Positions 26,547-36,284 of a DNA stretch of 40,692 nt are shown piece by piece. Location of the stretch: assembly GCA_021161345.1 (NCBI GenBank), contig JAGHAU010000011.1, forward strand, positions 1 through 40,692. The letters run 5' to 3'. The translations under genes were made by a program, and so were the position numbers. Within the stretch, counting starts at the first letter, position 1. Each line of letters opens with the position of its first letter. The notes beneath the pieces were generated by a model. The model made no database searches, was not told the DNA's origin, and saw only the letters and a list, made by a program, of their open reading frames with translations. The stretch comes from Anaerolineales bacterium (GTDB taxonomy: Bacteria > Chloroflexota > Anaerolineae > Anaerolineales > UBA11858).

Positions 26547-26912
26547 ATGAAAGTTGCCGATCCTAGTTTAGTCACAGATCCCCTGGTTACGCCCAGTGGT
26601 GAAATTATCGCAGAAATGATCGGAAAAGCAGTTGGTGACAAAGCCAATCACAGCCTGGCGCGGATCGTGATCCCGACAGGAAAATCCAGCAATCTGCACT
26701 ATCACAAAGTCACTGAAGAGACCTATTTCGTTCTTAAGGGGGAGGCGGGAATGCTGGTGAATGGGAAAGAGTTCCAGCTCATTCCGGGTCAGGCCTGTTA
26801 CCTGGCGCCGGGAGATGTTCATCAAATCCGGAATGAAGGTGAAGCAGACCTGGTTTTTCTAGCTTTTTGCGCTCCGGCCTGGGTGCCGGATGATTCGTTT
26901 GAGGTTGATTAG
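26547..26912 (+). CDS. Cupin domain protein
   Basis: HYHKVTEETYFVLKG and PGDVHQIRN cupin motifs; SD AAGGA. Confidence 0.9.
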   Translation: MKVADPSLVTDPLVTPSGEIIAEMIGKAVGDKANHSLARIVIPTGKSSNLHYHKVTEETYFVLKGEAGMLVNGKEFQLIPGQACYLAPGDVHQIRNEGEADLVFLAFCAPAWVPDDSFEVD

Positions 26913-26914
26913 AT

Positions 26915-26972
26915 ACTTCCGAAGTCAGGAAGTGTCAGCTTGTGGTAGGGTAGTCCTGAAGACTTCGGAAGT
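26915..26972. repeat. Inverted repeat between convergent genes
   Basis: ACTTCCGAAGTC (26915-26926) ... GACTTCGGAAGT (26961-26972), perfect 12 bp. Confidence 0.65.
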
Positions 26973-27787
26973 TAATCCAAATCTACCAGGTTGTCCAGGC
27001 GCTGCAGCAAATCCTGGATATTCTCTTCCCCATTCATAGTCAGTTTGATCGCATTTTCCGGGCAAATTTCAACACAGCGGCCGCAGCCCCGGCATTCCGG
27101 GCTTATGCGGGCTTTACCGTCGATAACCTTGATCGCATCGGCAAAACAGATGCTATCTTCGCAGAGTGCGCAGCCTGTGCAGTCTTCGGTGACGTGGGCT
27201 TCAACACCTGGCATACGGGTGATCTTATTTCCGATCTTGGGTGTCAGGTCTGTGACCAAGCCCCACAGACAGCAGCAGGGACAGCAGCTACAAATGGTCA
27301 TTAGTTCTTCGGTCGGATTTACACCCAGCCAAACCGAATCTATGCGGTTGCTTCCAATAGAATGAACAAGTCCGGCTTCGCGACAGTGTTGAACATGCTC
27401 CAGGGCTTCTTCTTTTGTTACCAAACGCCCAAGTTTTGAGTTGATCTGCAAGACAGGTTTACCCAAGAAGAGGCAGCCCAGATCCCTGGGATAATCCTGA
27501 CACTTATCTCCTTCCCGGCAGATGCAGAAATTCATAATCCAGTGGTGGTTGGCTTTATTAATATAATGTTCCACTACCTGGGAGGGAATGATCATGCTTT
27601 CGGGACGGTCCAGGGGTTCATTAATCTGAATTGTCTGGTCCTTGGGCAGAATGTACATCTCATCTCCCCGGAATAGCAGGTGGTCAACCAGGTTGCCGAC
27701 CAAAGGGATCCTGGTAAGTTTGGCAAGGGAATGCCGGGCGGGGTAGATTGTTCTTAGAAAATTGATAAACCAGACGGGAGTACTCAT
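26972..27787 (-). CDS. 4Fe-4S ferredoxin-domain protein
   Basis: CICR, ICSCCPCCC, CTGCALC, CRGCGRCVEICP. Confidence 0.88.
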   Translation of the reverse strand: MSTPVWFINFLRTIYPARHSLAKLTRIPLVGNLVDHLLFRGDEMYILPKDQTIQINEPLDRPESMIIPSQVVEHYINKANHHWIMNFCICREGDKCQDYPRDLGCLFLGKPVLQINSKLGRLVTKEEALEHVQHCREAGLVHSIGSNRIDSVWLGVNPTEELMTICSCCPCCCLWGLVTDLTPKIGNKITRMPGVEAHVTEDCTGCALCEDSICFADAIKVIDGKARISPECRGCGRCVEICPENAIKLTMNGEENIQDLLQRLDNLVDLD

Positions 27788-27859
27788 TTTTGTGTTTGAC
27801 TGTTCTTTGTAGTTTATATTGGTAGATTATAACTGAGATATCCCCTTGTTTATTCTAGA

Positions 27860-27933
27860 CGTAAGTCGTAAATAGTAAGGCGTAAATCGATTTAATCCTA
27901 GATTGGCTTACGATTTACTATTTACAACTTACG
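27860..27933. repeat. Palindromic array of 7-bp repeats (GTAArtc x4, then inverted x4)
   Basis: GTAAGTC GTAAATA GTAAGGC GTAAATC - spacer - GGCTTAC GATTTAC TATTTAC AACTTAC. Confidence 0.8.
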
Positions 27934-27963
27934 CGAAAATCGGCGACTGCTGATTTGTGAATA

Positions 27964-27972
27964 TGGTACACT
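27964..27972 (+). promoter_or_regulatory. Extended -10 promoter of mutS2, probably leaderless
   Basis: TGGTACACT, 7 nt, ATG; no SD. Confidence 0.6.
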
Positions 27973-27979
27973 GACAGCG

Positions 27980-30364
27980 ATGGACCAAAAAACATTAAAC
28001 ACCCTGGAATATCCACGAGTTTTGGCTGCCCTGGCAGCCTGCTGCCAATTTAATCCTGCCCGGGAGATGGCTCTGGAACTGCAGCCCTCTGCAGATCTGG
28101 ATGATGTCCGCCAACTGCAAAAAGAGACAGCAGATACAGTAGGTCTATTAACTCTGAACCCCGGTACAACCATCGGCGGCGCCAGGGATCTGCGTCCAAT
28201 CGTGGAGGATGCCCAACGTGGTCTTGTGCTTGAACCCGACCGACTGCTGCAAGTCAAGGATTCCCTGGTAGCAGCCCGCAATTTGAAGCGAGTATTCCAA
28301 AAGGACCAGGGAGAATTCCCGACCCTGGAGAGTATTTCCGAACAGCTTCCTGATTCACTGGGTTTGGTAAGTTTGATATCCAAAGTGGTATCAGACCAGG
28401 ACGAGATCCTGGATACAGCTTCGGATAAACTGGGACAAATTCGCAGAGATTTACGAACACAACACACGCGCCTCAAGAATCGCATGGGCCAGATGTTAAA
28501 AAAGCCTGAGGTTGCTAAATATCTGCAGGAATCGATCATAACCCAGCGCAACGGCCGTTATGTGCTGCCTTTAAAGGCGGAGGCCCGAACCAATGTGCCG
28601 GGCATTGTGCACGATCAATCCACATCTGGGGCGACGATTTTTGTCGAACCCCAAGTGATGGTGGAAGCCAATAATAAATTCCGTAAACTGGAGCTGGATG
28701 AGCGCGATGAGATCCAGCGCATTCTGGCAGAATTGACGGCCAAAGTAGCTGAACACGGTCCAGTTCTGCAGGAGATGGTTGAAGCTTTGACCCGGTTGGA
28801 CCTGGCTTTTGCCCGGGGTAGATATGCCCTGGAGTTGAATGCTTTTCCGCCGACTATTCATCCTTTTCCTAAAAAACAAGGACAAGGTCACCCCGGAGTT
28901 GTCTTAAGGCTGTTTGGAGCCCGGCATCCCCTGTTGGACCCCCATCAGGTAGTAGCGATTGATGTCGCTTTGGATAAAGATACCTATGCCCTGATCATAA
29001 CTGGACCTAACACCGGTGGAAAAACCGTCACTTTAAAAACAGTTGGTTTGCTGGTCCTGATGGCCCAAACAGGGATGCACATTCCCGTATCTGGAAATTC
29101 CGAGATCAGCCTGTTTTCGAATATCTACGCCGATATTGGGGATGAACAATCCATAGAACAATCCTTGTCCACCTTTTCTGGCCATATCACTAATATCATC
29201 AAGATTCTGAAAAAAGTTGACCGCCGTTCACTGGTGATCCTGGATGAGTTAGGCGCTGGCACAGATCCGCAGGAAGGGGCCGCGTTGGCCCGATCCTTGA
29301 TGTCGAACTTGCTAGAGCGGGGCATCACCACCCTGGTTACCACCCACCATCCGGATCTGAAAGCATATGCCCATACTACACCTGGTGTGATCAACGCATC
29401 GGTAGAGTTTGATCTGAAAAGTCTTCGACCAACCTACCACCTCACTGTTGGACTGCCGGGCCGCTCCAACGCCCTGGCCATTGCCGGCAGGTTAGGACTT
29501 CCTGACGAGATCATTCAGACAGCCAGGGGAACGCTTGATCCTTCTGATCTGCAGGCAGATGATCTATTAGATGAGATTCACCGCCAGCGTAAACTTGCAG
29601 ATGATACACGCTTATCGGCGGAAAAAGCCCATCAGGAAGTAGAAAAATTAAGGATCCAGCTGGCTGACCGGATTGTGGAAGTTGAGGATGAACGCTTTGA
29701 AACTCTGGAAAAGATCCAGCGTGAATCCAGGGATAAACTTCAGTCCCTGCAAAACGAGCTTGATTCGATCAAGGAAGACCTGGAAAAGGATCAAATCCCA
29801 GAAGAAAAGATTGAAGAATTAGAAGAAAAAGCCGAGCAGGTTCAAGAAGAGATCTCCCAACCCATTCCGAAGAAAAAGAGAAAACTTGATCTTCCCATTC
29901 CCAGCGGACCCATTCAAAAGGGAGATAAAGTATATTTACGGTCCTTGGGGAAAAAGGGTAATGTATTATCGGTAAATGGGGATGCTGTAGAGATCCGGGT
30001 TGGTAATATTCGGGTGAGGGCTCAGAAGTCTGACCTTGAGCATACAGCCCCGGAGGAGATAACGGAAGTTGAAGCCGGTCATGAAGCAGTGGTCCGGACA
30101 CCGAAAGATGTCGTTTCACCGGGTATGGAATTGGATCTTCGCGGGCAGAACGTGGATGAAGCTCTCGAGAATCTGGGTTTTTTCCTGGACAAAGCCTTCC
30201 TGGCGGGTTTGCCTTGGGCCCGGATCATTCACGGCATCGGCACCGGCAGGCTCAGAAAAGCCGTCCGCAATATTCTCAAGGAACATTCCCAGGTAGATCA
30301 CTTTGAACCCGGGAAAGAAGGTGAGGGAGGAGATGGCGTAACGGTGGTGAGCTTCCTGGAGTAG
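27980..30364 (+). CDS. mutS2: Endonuclease MutS2
   Basis: TLEY, GIVHDQSTSGATIFVEP, ITGPNTGGKT, DIGDEQSIEQSLSTFS, DELGAGTDPQEG, Smr domain LDLRG...IIHGIGTG. Confidence 0.97.
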   Translation: MDQKTLNTLEYPRVLAALAACCQFNPAREMALELQPSADLDDVRQLQKETADTVGLLTLNPGTTIGGARDLRPIVEDAQRGLVLEPDRLLQVKDSLVAARNLKRVFQKDQGEFPTLESISEQLPDSLGLVSLISKVVSDQDEILDTASDKLGQIRRDLRTQHTRLKNRMGQMLKKPEVAKYLQESIITQRNGRYVLPLKAEARTNVPGIVHDQSTSGATIFVEPQVMVEANNKFRKLELDERDEIQRILAELTAKVAEHGPVLQEMVEALTRLDLAFARGRYALELNAFPPTIHPFPKKQGQGHPGVVLRLFGARHPLLDPHQVVAIDVALDKDTYALIITGPNTGGKTVTLKTVGLLVLMAQTGMHIPVSGNSEISLFSNIYADIGDEQSIEQSLSTFSGHITNIIKILKKVDRRSLVILDELGAGTDPQEGAALARSLMSNLLERGITTLVTTHHPDLKAYAHTTPGVINASVEFDLKSLRPTYHLTVGLPGRSNALAIAGRLGLPDEIIQTARGTLDPSDLQADDLLDEIHRQRKLADDTRLSAEKAHQEVEKLRIQLADRIVEVEDERFETLEKIQRESRDKLQSLQNELDSIKEDLEKDQIPEEKIEELEEKAEQVQEEISQPIPKKKRKLDLPIPSGPIQKGDKVYLRSLGKKGNVLSVNGDAVEIRVGNIRVRAQKSDLEHTAPEEITEVEAGHEAVVRTPKDVVSPGMELDLRGQNVDEALENLGFFLDKAFLAGLPWARIIHGIGTGRLRKAVRNILKEHSQVDHFEPGKEGEGGDGVTVVSFLE

Positions 30365-30475
30365 GTTCCAGGGTCCGGAATCATCTCATCCAGGTTTGCT
30401 AGCATCAGCATGGCTTGTTTCGGTGTGTAGGGTTTGAATTGTTGTTCTTTCGTATCCCCATTCTATTAAAAAATC

Positions 30476-30509
30476 AGGGGCTGTGCCAATTACTTTTGGG
30501 ACAACCCCT
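30476..30509. terminator. Hairpin between convergent genes
   Basis: AGGGGCTGTGCCAA ... TTGGGACAACCCCT, 12/14 complementary. Confidence 0.55.
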
Positions 30510-30535
30510 TAGAAAACTTGCTGAGGGGAATAAGC

Positions 30536-31648
30536 TCAGGAAAGCAAATTCCGCAACGCACCAAGCAAAGTGCAAATATTTTCCTTGCGGGAGGAGTAGC
30601 CCATTAAACCAATCCGCCAGACTTTGCCTGCCAGCGCTCCCAAACCGCCGGCAATTTCAATATTATATTCCTGGAGCAGCTGTTTTCTGATCTCTGCTTC
30701 ATTAACACCTTCCGGAACACGGACCGTGGTCAGAGACGGTAACCTGTGGGCAAGGGGAACAAGCGGGGTAATTCCTATCTCTTCCAGGCCAGCCCAGAGA
30801 ATTTCAGCGTTCTCCTGGTGGCGTCTAAAACGGTTTTCCAGCCCTTCTTCTTGTACCAACCGTAGAGCTTCCCGGAGGCCAAAGTTCATAGATATCGGTG
30901 CGGTATGGTGATAGGTACGTGTATCTCCCCAGTAATGCTCCACCAGGGTCAAATCCAGATACCAGTTCTTAACTTTGGATTTACGATGGTGCAAAACTTC
31001 TCTGGCCCGTTCACCTATAGACAGAGGTCCTAATCCTGGTGGGCAGCTGAGACATTTCTGGGTGCCGCTGTAGGCGATATCAACACCGCGTTCATCCATT
31101 TTTACAGGCACACCTCCCAGAGATGTCACACAGTCAATCAGGAATAACGCGCCATATTGATGTGCCAGTTCTCCCATGCCATCAATGGGCTGCATGGCTC
31201 CGGTGGAAGTTTCAGCGTGAACGAGGGCTAAAATTTTGGCCGGTTTCTTTTTCAGCTCTGCTTCAATCTCCTCGCGGCTGAATACATCTCCCCAGGGTTT
31301 ATCCAGACGGCGGACAACCCCGCCGTAGCGTTCCGCCATATCACACAGGCGCTCGCTGAAATAACCATTAACACCAATGATGATCTCATCGCCGGGTTCA
31401 ATAAAATTGCATATGGATGCTTCCATGCTGGCACTTCCTGTCCCGGAAACCGGTATGGTCAGTTGGTTTTCAGTTTCAAAGACATACCGCAGCAGCTCCT
31501 GCACCTCATTCATCACCACCAGGAATTGGGGATCAAGGTGTCCCACAAGCGGGTGAGACATGGCTTTGAGCACCCGGGGATGAACAGTACTCGGTCCAGC
31601 TCCAAGCAATAACCGGGCCGGAGTATTCAGATCAGTATATGTTTTCAT
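30536..31648 (-). CDS. Alanine--glyoxylate/serine--pyruvate aminotransferase (class V PLP)
   Basis: LLLGAGPS, GHLDPQF, SGTGSASME, HAETSTG, DCVTSLGG, SGTQKCLSCPPG, YHHTAP, WRIGLMG. Confidence 0.92.
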   Translation of the reverse strand: MKTYTDLNTPARLLLGAGPSTVHPRVLKAMSHPLVGHLDPQFLVVMNEVQELLRYVFETENQLTIPVSGTGSASMEASICNFIEPGDEIIIGVNGYFSERLCDMAERYGGVVRRLDKPWGDVFSREEIEAELKKKPAKILALVHAETSTGAMQPIDGMGELAHQYGALFLIDCVTSLGGVPVKMDERGVDIAYSGTQKCLSCPPGLGPLSIGERAREVLHHRKSKVKNWYLDLTLVEHYWGDTRTYHHTAPISMNFGLREALRLVQEEGLENRFRRHQENAEILWAGLEEIGITPLVPLAHRLPSLTTVRVPEGVNEAEIRKQLLQEYNIEIAGGLGALAGKVWRIGLMGYSSRKENICTLLGALRNLLS

Positions 31649-31757
31649 AATTAACATCCTTTCTCATAACGCCTACTATTATTTATAACTAACTCCACGC
31701 GGGAGTCGAAACAGCTGGTGAAGAATACCAGAAATTCTTCACTGCAAAGTAAAATTT

Positions 31758-32372
31758 TTACGGCCAGCGCCTTTTTACAAGCACACTGGGCAGTGATGCT
31801 ATACATTCTTTATCAATATTGAGGAACACTCCTTTTTCTTCTATCCGATCAATATAGGAAAGCGGGATGGTGACATCCTTTTCTTTCCAGGGATGCCCTT
31901 CCCGTAAAACCAGGTGAGTGATATTGCCGCTTATCTGACCAATAATAAACTCATCAACACGTCCCACCCATCCGTCAGTCGCCTTCACTCGCATTCCCCT
32001 GTGTACAGCCAGCTCTCCAGGGGGAATCCGCCTGATTTTTGGATCAACAATTCTCTTCACAGGAACAACATAAGGCCAGAGCATGGTCAGAGTGGGAGCT
32101 GAAGCATGTTGAGGTAAATCGCCATAAATAAAATCTGTTTGAACAAAAGGTTCCAGCTTGGCAAATTCCTCCAATGTACAGCTTAACACAATAACCTCTG
32201 AAACTGTGCTGGCAACGAGTTTCGTCGACACTAGTCTTTCTTCACCCGGCGGCTTTTTTTCCTGTATAACCAGATGACTGACATGTTCTGTCACCGGGTT
32301 AAAAATTAAATGTGTTGAGCGACCGCAGCGACCATCAGTGCAATGTACATCTACATTTAGAGGATAATCCAT
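31758..32372 (-). CDS. Tandem PRC-barrel domain protein
   Basis: Two repeats V.(C/A)TDG..G...(H/E)..(F/I)......(V/I)(S/T)HLV(I/L); SD GAGGAGG. Confidence 0.78.
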   Translation of the reverse strand: MDYPLNVDVHCTDGRCGRSTHLIFNPVTEHVSHLVIQEKKPPGEERLVSTKLVASTVSEVIVLSCTLEEFAKLEPFVQTDFIYGDLPQHASAPTLTMLWPYVVPVKRIVDPKIRRIPPGELAVHRGMRVKATDGWVGRVDEFIIGQISGNITHLVLREGHPWKEKDVTIPLSYIDRIEEKGVFLNIDKECIASLPSVLVKRRWP

Positions 32373-32383
32373 GATATTCCTCC

Positions 32384-33421
32384 TCAGGAAGGTTCCTTCT
32401 TTGAATCAGGTATAAAGATCTTGCTGCCGCCTGTTGTATTGGCCAAATGGCAAGCAACAAAATGCCCCGGAGTGATTTCCCTGAATTGCGGTTCAACCGT
32501 GATACATTCTTCTGTTACCAGCGGGCATCTGGTGTGAAAAACACATCCTGAAGGCGGGTTGGCAGGACTGGGTGGATCACCTTCCAGGATAAACCGTGTT
32601 CTTGTGATCTCTATTTCAGGATTCGGGATTGGTACCGCAGAATTGAGTGATTGAGTATAGGGGTGCAGCGGATCATCAAATAGTGTATTGCGGTCCGTCA
32701 TTTCCATAATTTTCCCCAGGTACATGACCACTATTCGGTGGGAAATATGCTTCACCATGCTCAAATCATGGGCTATAAACAAATAAGCCATGCCAAATTG
32801 TTCCTGTAAATCCTGCATCAGGTTAACTACCTGGGCCTGGATGGACACATCCAGGGCAGAAATTGGCTCATCACAAACGATGAATTTCGGATTAAGTGAA
32901 AGCACCCGGGCAATCCCGATGCGCTGACGCTGCCCCCCTGAAAATTCATGGGGAAAGCGCTTCATATAGGCCGGATTCATACCCACCAGTTCCAGCAGTT
33001 CCGCCACTCTGTCTTTAAGTTCCAGGCTGCCCTTTTTCATCTTTCCATTAATCACCAACGGCTCGCCAACAATCTTCCTGACTGAATGACGTGGATTTAA
33101 TGTTGCATAAGGGTCTTGAAATATCATCTGCATGTCGGGCCGCTGGGCGCGCAGTTCTGCAGAGCTTAATTGTGTTAAATCTCTACCCTTATAAAGCACC
33201 TGGCCTGAGGTAGGTTTATGAAGCTGGAGAATCGCCCTGCCAGCGGTTGATTTACCGCAACCACTCTCACCTACCATGCCCAGCGTTTCACCTTCATAAA
33301 TATCAAATGATATTCCATCCACTGCTTTCACAGCTCTCTTGGTGCGCTGGAACAAGCCCCCGGCAATCGGAAAGTACTTTTTGAGATTAATGACTTCTAC
33401 CAACTTTTTAACATCAGTCAT
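32384..33421 (-). CDS. Oligopeptide/dipeptide ABC transporter ATPase (OppF/DppF-like)
   Basis: GESGCGKS, FSGGQRQRIGIAR, CDEPISALD, HPYT, GCVFHTRCP. Confidence 0.95.
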   Translation of the reverse strand: MTDVKKLVEVINLKKYFPIAGGLFQRTKRAVKAVDGISFDIYEGETLGMVGESGCGKSTAGRAILQLHKPTSGQVLYKGRDLTQLSSAELRAQRPDMQMIFQDPYATLNPRHSVRKIVGEPLVINGKMKKGSLELKDRVAELLELVGMNPAYMKRFPHEFSGGQRQRIGIARVLSLNPKFIVCDEPISALDVSIQAQVVNLMQDLQEQFGMAYLFIAHDLSMVKHISHRIVVMYLGKIMEMTDRNTLFDDPLHPYTQSLNSAVPIPNPEIEITRTRFILEGDPPSPANPPSGCVFHTRCPLVTEECITVEPQFREITPGHFVACHLANTTGGSKIFIPDSKKEPS

Positions 33422-34418
33422 GGCGGGGTCCTCCTTCCTCAAGATCAAAAAAGCAGGCTGCCTGGTGCTGTTCACCCACTGAAATCAGGGGGGGGATTTC
33501 CTCCCAGCAGCGGTCAAAGGCATAATCACAGCGCGATGCAAATGGACAGTGTTTAAAGGGGATTAGCAAATCCGGCGGAGTCCCCTTGATGCTTTTCAGC
33601 CGTTTGGATTCTTTTGCTTCCAGGCTTGGAAGAGCCCTCAGCAATCCCAGTGTATAAGGATGTTTGGGGTCCTTATATATATCCATCACCTGGGCAATTT
33701 CCACGGGGCGGCCGCCATACATCACCAGTACCCGCTCGGCAATCCCCGCCACCACTCCTAGGTCGTGTGTGATCCAGATCACTGCCACTCCCAGAGCATC
33801 CCGCAGTTCCTTAAACAGCTCAATGATCTGGGCTTGAACAGTAACATCTAGGGCGGTTGTCGGCTCATCGGCTATGATGATTTTTGGTGTACAGGCAATG
33901 GCAATAGCAATCACTACCCGCTGGCGCATACCGCCGGAAAACTGGAACGGATAGGCTTTATAACGCAATTCCGGATCAGGAATACCCACCTGTGATAAAA
34001 GTTTGATGGTCTGTTCCCGGGCCTGTTCCTTGGATAATCCTTTATGGCGGATCAGGGTTTCAGATATTTGTTCCCCAATTGTCAGAATCGGATTTAACGT
34101 TGAGATAGGGTCCTGAAAAACGAATCCAATCTGTCCGCCACGGATATCCCGCATTTCTTCAGGTGATAGCTGTAATAAATCACACAGCCCTTCCTCACTG
34201 TTAAATGAAGCGCTCCCAGATTCAATCTTTCCAGGCGGCATGGGAATTAATCCCAGTAAGGACATCATGGTGACGCTTTTACCGCTACCGCTCTCGCCTA
34301 CAATCGCCAGAGTTTCTCCTTCATTTAACTCAAAACTGACTCCATTTACCGCATTGACAACACCGTCCAGAGTATAAAACTTCGTTACCAGGTCTTTTAC
34401 CTGAAGTATTATTGACAT
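33414..34418 (-). CDS. Oligopeptide/dipeptide ABC transporter ATPase (OppD/DppD-like)
   Basis: [40 protein letters not shown]. Confidence 0.95.
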   Translation of the reverse strand: MSIILQVKDLVTKFYTLDGVVNAVNGVSFELNEGETLAIVGESGSGKSVTMMSLLGLIPMPPGKIESGSASFNSEEGLCDLLQLSPEEMRDIRGGQIGFVFQDPISTLNPILTIGEQISETLIRHKGLSKEQAREQTIKLLSQVGIPDPELRYKAYPFQFSGGMRQRVVIAIAIACTPKIIIADEPTTALDVTVQAQIIELFKELRDALGVAVIWITHDLGVVAGIAERVLVMYGGRPVEIAQVMDIYKDPKHPYTLGLLRALPSLEAKESKRLKSIKGTPPDLLIPFKHCPFASRCDYAFDRCWEEIPPLISVGEQHQAACFFDLEEGGPRHD

Positions 34419-34429
34419 GGATTTTCTCC

Positions 34430-35365
34430 TCACTTCCTTGACCGGCGCATGCGCGGATCTAACACATCGCGAAGCCAATCACCCAGTAGGTTCATCCCCA
34501 GGGAAGTAAACATGATCGCTAGGCCAGGGAAAGAAGCCATCCAGGGGTAACTTGTCATATACTTCCTTCCTGCTGCAAGCATATTTCCCCAGGTAGGATA
34601 TTCATTAGGGGGAACGCTCAATCCCAGGAATCCCAATCCAGCCTCATAAAAGATCATGGCCGACATTTCAAAGGTCGCTAGAGTGATCAGCGGACCAAGT
34701 AAATTGGGAATAATATGATCAAAAATAATTGTCGGCCAGCGGGCACCAGCGCTGATAGCGGATTCCACATAACCTGATTCCCGTATGCGCAGTACTTCTC
34801 CCCTGGTGACCCGAGCAAATATCGGAGCATCAGTAATCCCAAAAATCAGGATCACATTCAGCAAACTCCGGCCCAACACTGTGGCAATAAAAACCACAAA
34901 TAGCAAATAAGGCAGGGATAGAATTAGATTAACTCCACCCATGATGGCTGCATCCAGCCTTCCTCCGGCATAACCGGCAATCGCTCCAATCAATAAACCC
35001 AGGATGGAGGCTATCAGGACTCCAAAAAGCCCCACCATCAGGGAAACCCGTGTGCCGTAGATCACCCGGCTGAAAACATCCTTGCCCAGGCTATCTGTGC
35101 CAAAGGGATGCTCCCAGGTGCCCTCTTCTTTCCAGGCAGGAGGCAGCTTGCTTGACCGGAGATTCTGGTCAAACGGGCTCTGGTTGGTGATCAGCGGTGC
35201 AAAAACAGCCGCAAACACCACTATCAAGAAAACCGTTAACCCAATAACCCCGCCCCGGTCCCGCCATAAAAAACGACCAAAATATGCCAGTCGGTCCTTA
35301 AATGTCTTTTCAGTATCCAGAAGGCTGTCAATAGTCTGGTGCGATTTGGTATCTTTATCGGCCAT
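34430..35365 (-). CDS. Peptide/nickel ABC permease (OppC/DppC-like)
   Basis: HPFGTDSLGKDVFSRVIYG, EAA-like YVESAISAGA, LGDWLRDVLDPR. Confidence 0.95.
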   Translation of the reverse strand: MADKDTKSHQTIDSLLDTEKTFKDRLAYFGRFLWRDRGGVIGLTVFLIVVFAAVFAPLITNQSPFDQNLRSSKLPPAWKEEGTWEHPFGTDSLGKDVFSRVIYGTRVSLMVGLFGVLIASILGLLIGAIAGYAGGRLDAAIMGGVNLILSLPYLLFVVFIATVLGRSLLNVILIFGITDAPIFARVTRGEVLRIRESGYVESAISAGARWPTIIFDHIIPNLLGPLITLATFEMSAMIFYEAGLGFLGLSVPPNEYPTWGNMLAAGRKYMTSYPWMASFPGLAIMFTSLGMNLLGDWLRDVLDPRMRRSRK

Positions 35366-36275
35366 AACGAATCCTCGGATCAATGATTGAGTAAGCTAAA
35401 TCAGTCAGTAGATTCAACAGCAAAACAATCAGGCTTGTAAATACAGCGATTGCCTGGATAAGGGGAAAATCACGCCAGCCAATCGACTGCGCCAGCAGTC
35501 CCCCCATCCCTGGCCAGGCGAAAATTGCTTCTATGTATATCGATCCTCCCAACATATAACCAAACTGCACACCGATCACACTTACCAGAGGTATGGCAAC
35601 ATTGCGGAGGACATGTTTTAGATAGATTGTCCTGGGCTCAAGTCCCTTACTGTGAGCGGTACGGATAAAATCCTCGCCCCTGATTTCAAGTACCGCGGAG
35701 CGAGTCAGGCGCACCAGCTGTCCCATCACCGGAAGTCCAAGTACAAACGCCGGCATAACCACGGAATTCCATGAGTCCCGGCCAAAAGTTGGAAACCACC
35801 CCAGCCGGACTCCCAGGAAAAGGATCATCATCAATCCCAGCCAGAAATTTGGCACACTCTGTCCGATCAGGGCTAGGAACCTGCCAATGGAATCCACTAC
35901 ACTTCCGGGTGTGAAGCCGCCTACCAGCCCGATGGGAATTCCAATAATGATTGCCATTAACATACCCACAGAAGCCAGCTGGACGGTTGCCGGCAGCCTC
36001 TCCAGAACCAGAGGGAGGGCAGGAGTTTTAAAATGGAGGGAATTTCCAAAATCACCCAGGATGGCGCCGGTTATATAATGCTTAAACTGGACCAGCGCGG
36101 GATCGTTGAATCCCATCTCTTCCCGTAATGCTTCCAGCTGCTCGGGGGAAGCATTACGGGACAGCATCAAGGCGGCGGGATCACCTGTTACACGGACCAT
36201 CATGAATACCAAAAACAGCACTCCGAAGAGAAGCACAAGAGATTGGATCAATTTAGATAAAAAATAACGTCCCAT
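35355..36275 (-). CDS. Peptide/nickel ABC permease (OppB/DppB-like)
   Basis: GDFGNSL, SVPNFWLG, DFIRTAHSKGL, IFAWPGMG, DLAYSIIDPRIR. Confidence 0.95.
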   Translation of the reverse strand: MGRYFLSKLIQSLVLLFGVLFLVFMMVRVTGDPAALMLSRNASPEQLEALREEMGFNDPALVQFKHYITGAILGDFGNSLHFKTPALPLVLERLPATVQLASVGMLMAIIIGIPIGLVGGFTPGSVVDSIGRFLALIGQSVPNFWLGLMMILFLGVRLGWFPTFGRDSWNSVVMPAFVLGLPVMGQLVRLTRSAVLEIRGEDFIRTAHSKGLEPRTIYLKHVLRNVAIPLVSVIGVQFGYMLGGSIYIEAIFAWPGMGGLLAQSIGWRDFPLIQAIAVFTSLIVLLLNLLTDLAYSIIDPRIRYGR

Positions 36276-36284
36276 AAGCTCCTC

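Noticed and set aside
30476-30509. Hairpin as an IS end
   Set aside because: No transposase or target duplication; a terminator between convergent genes explains it.
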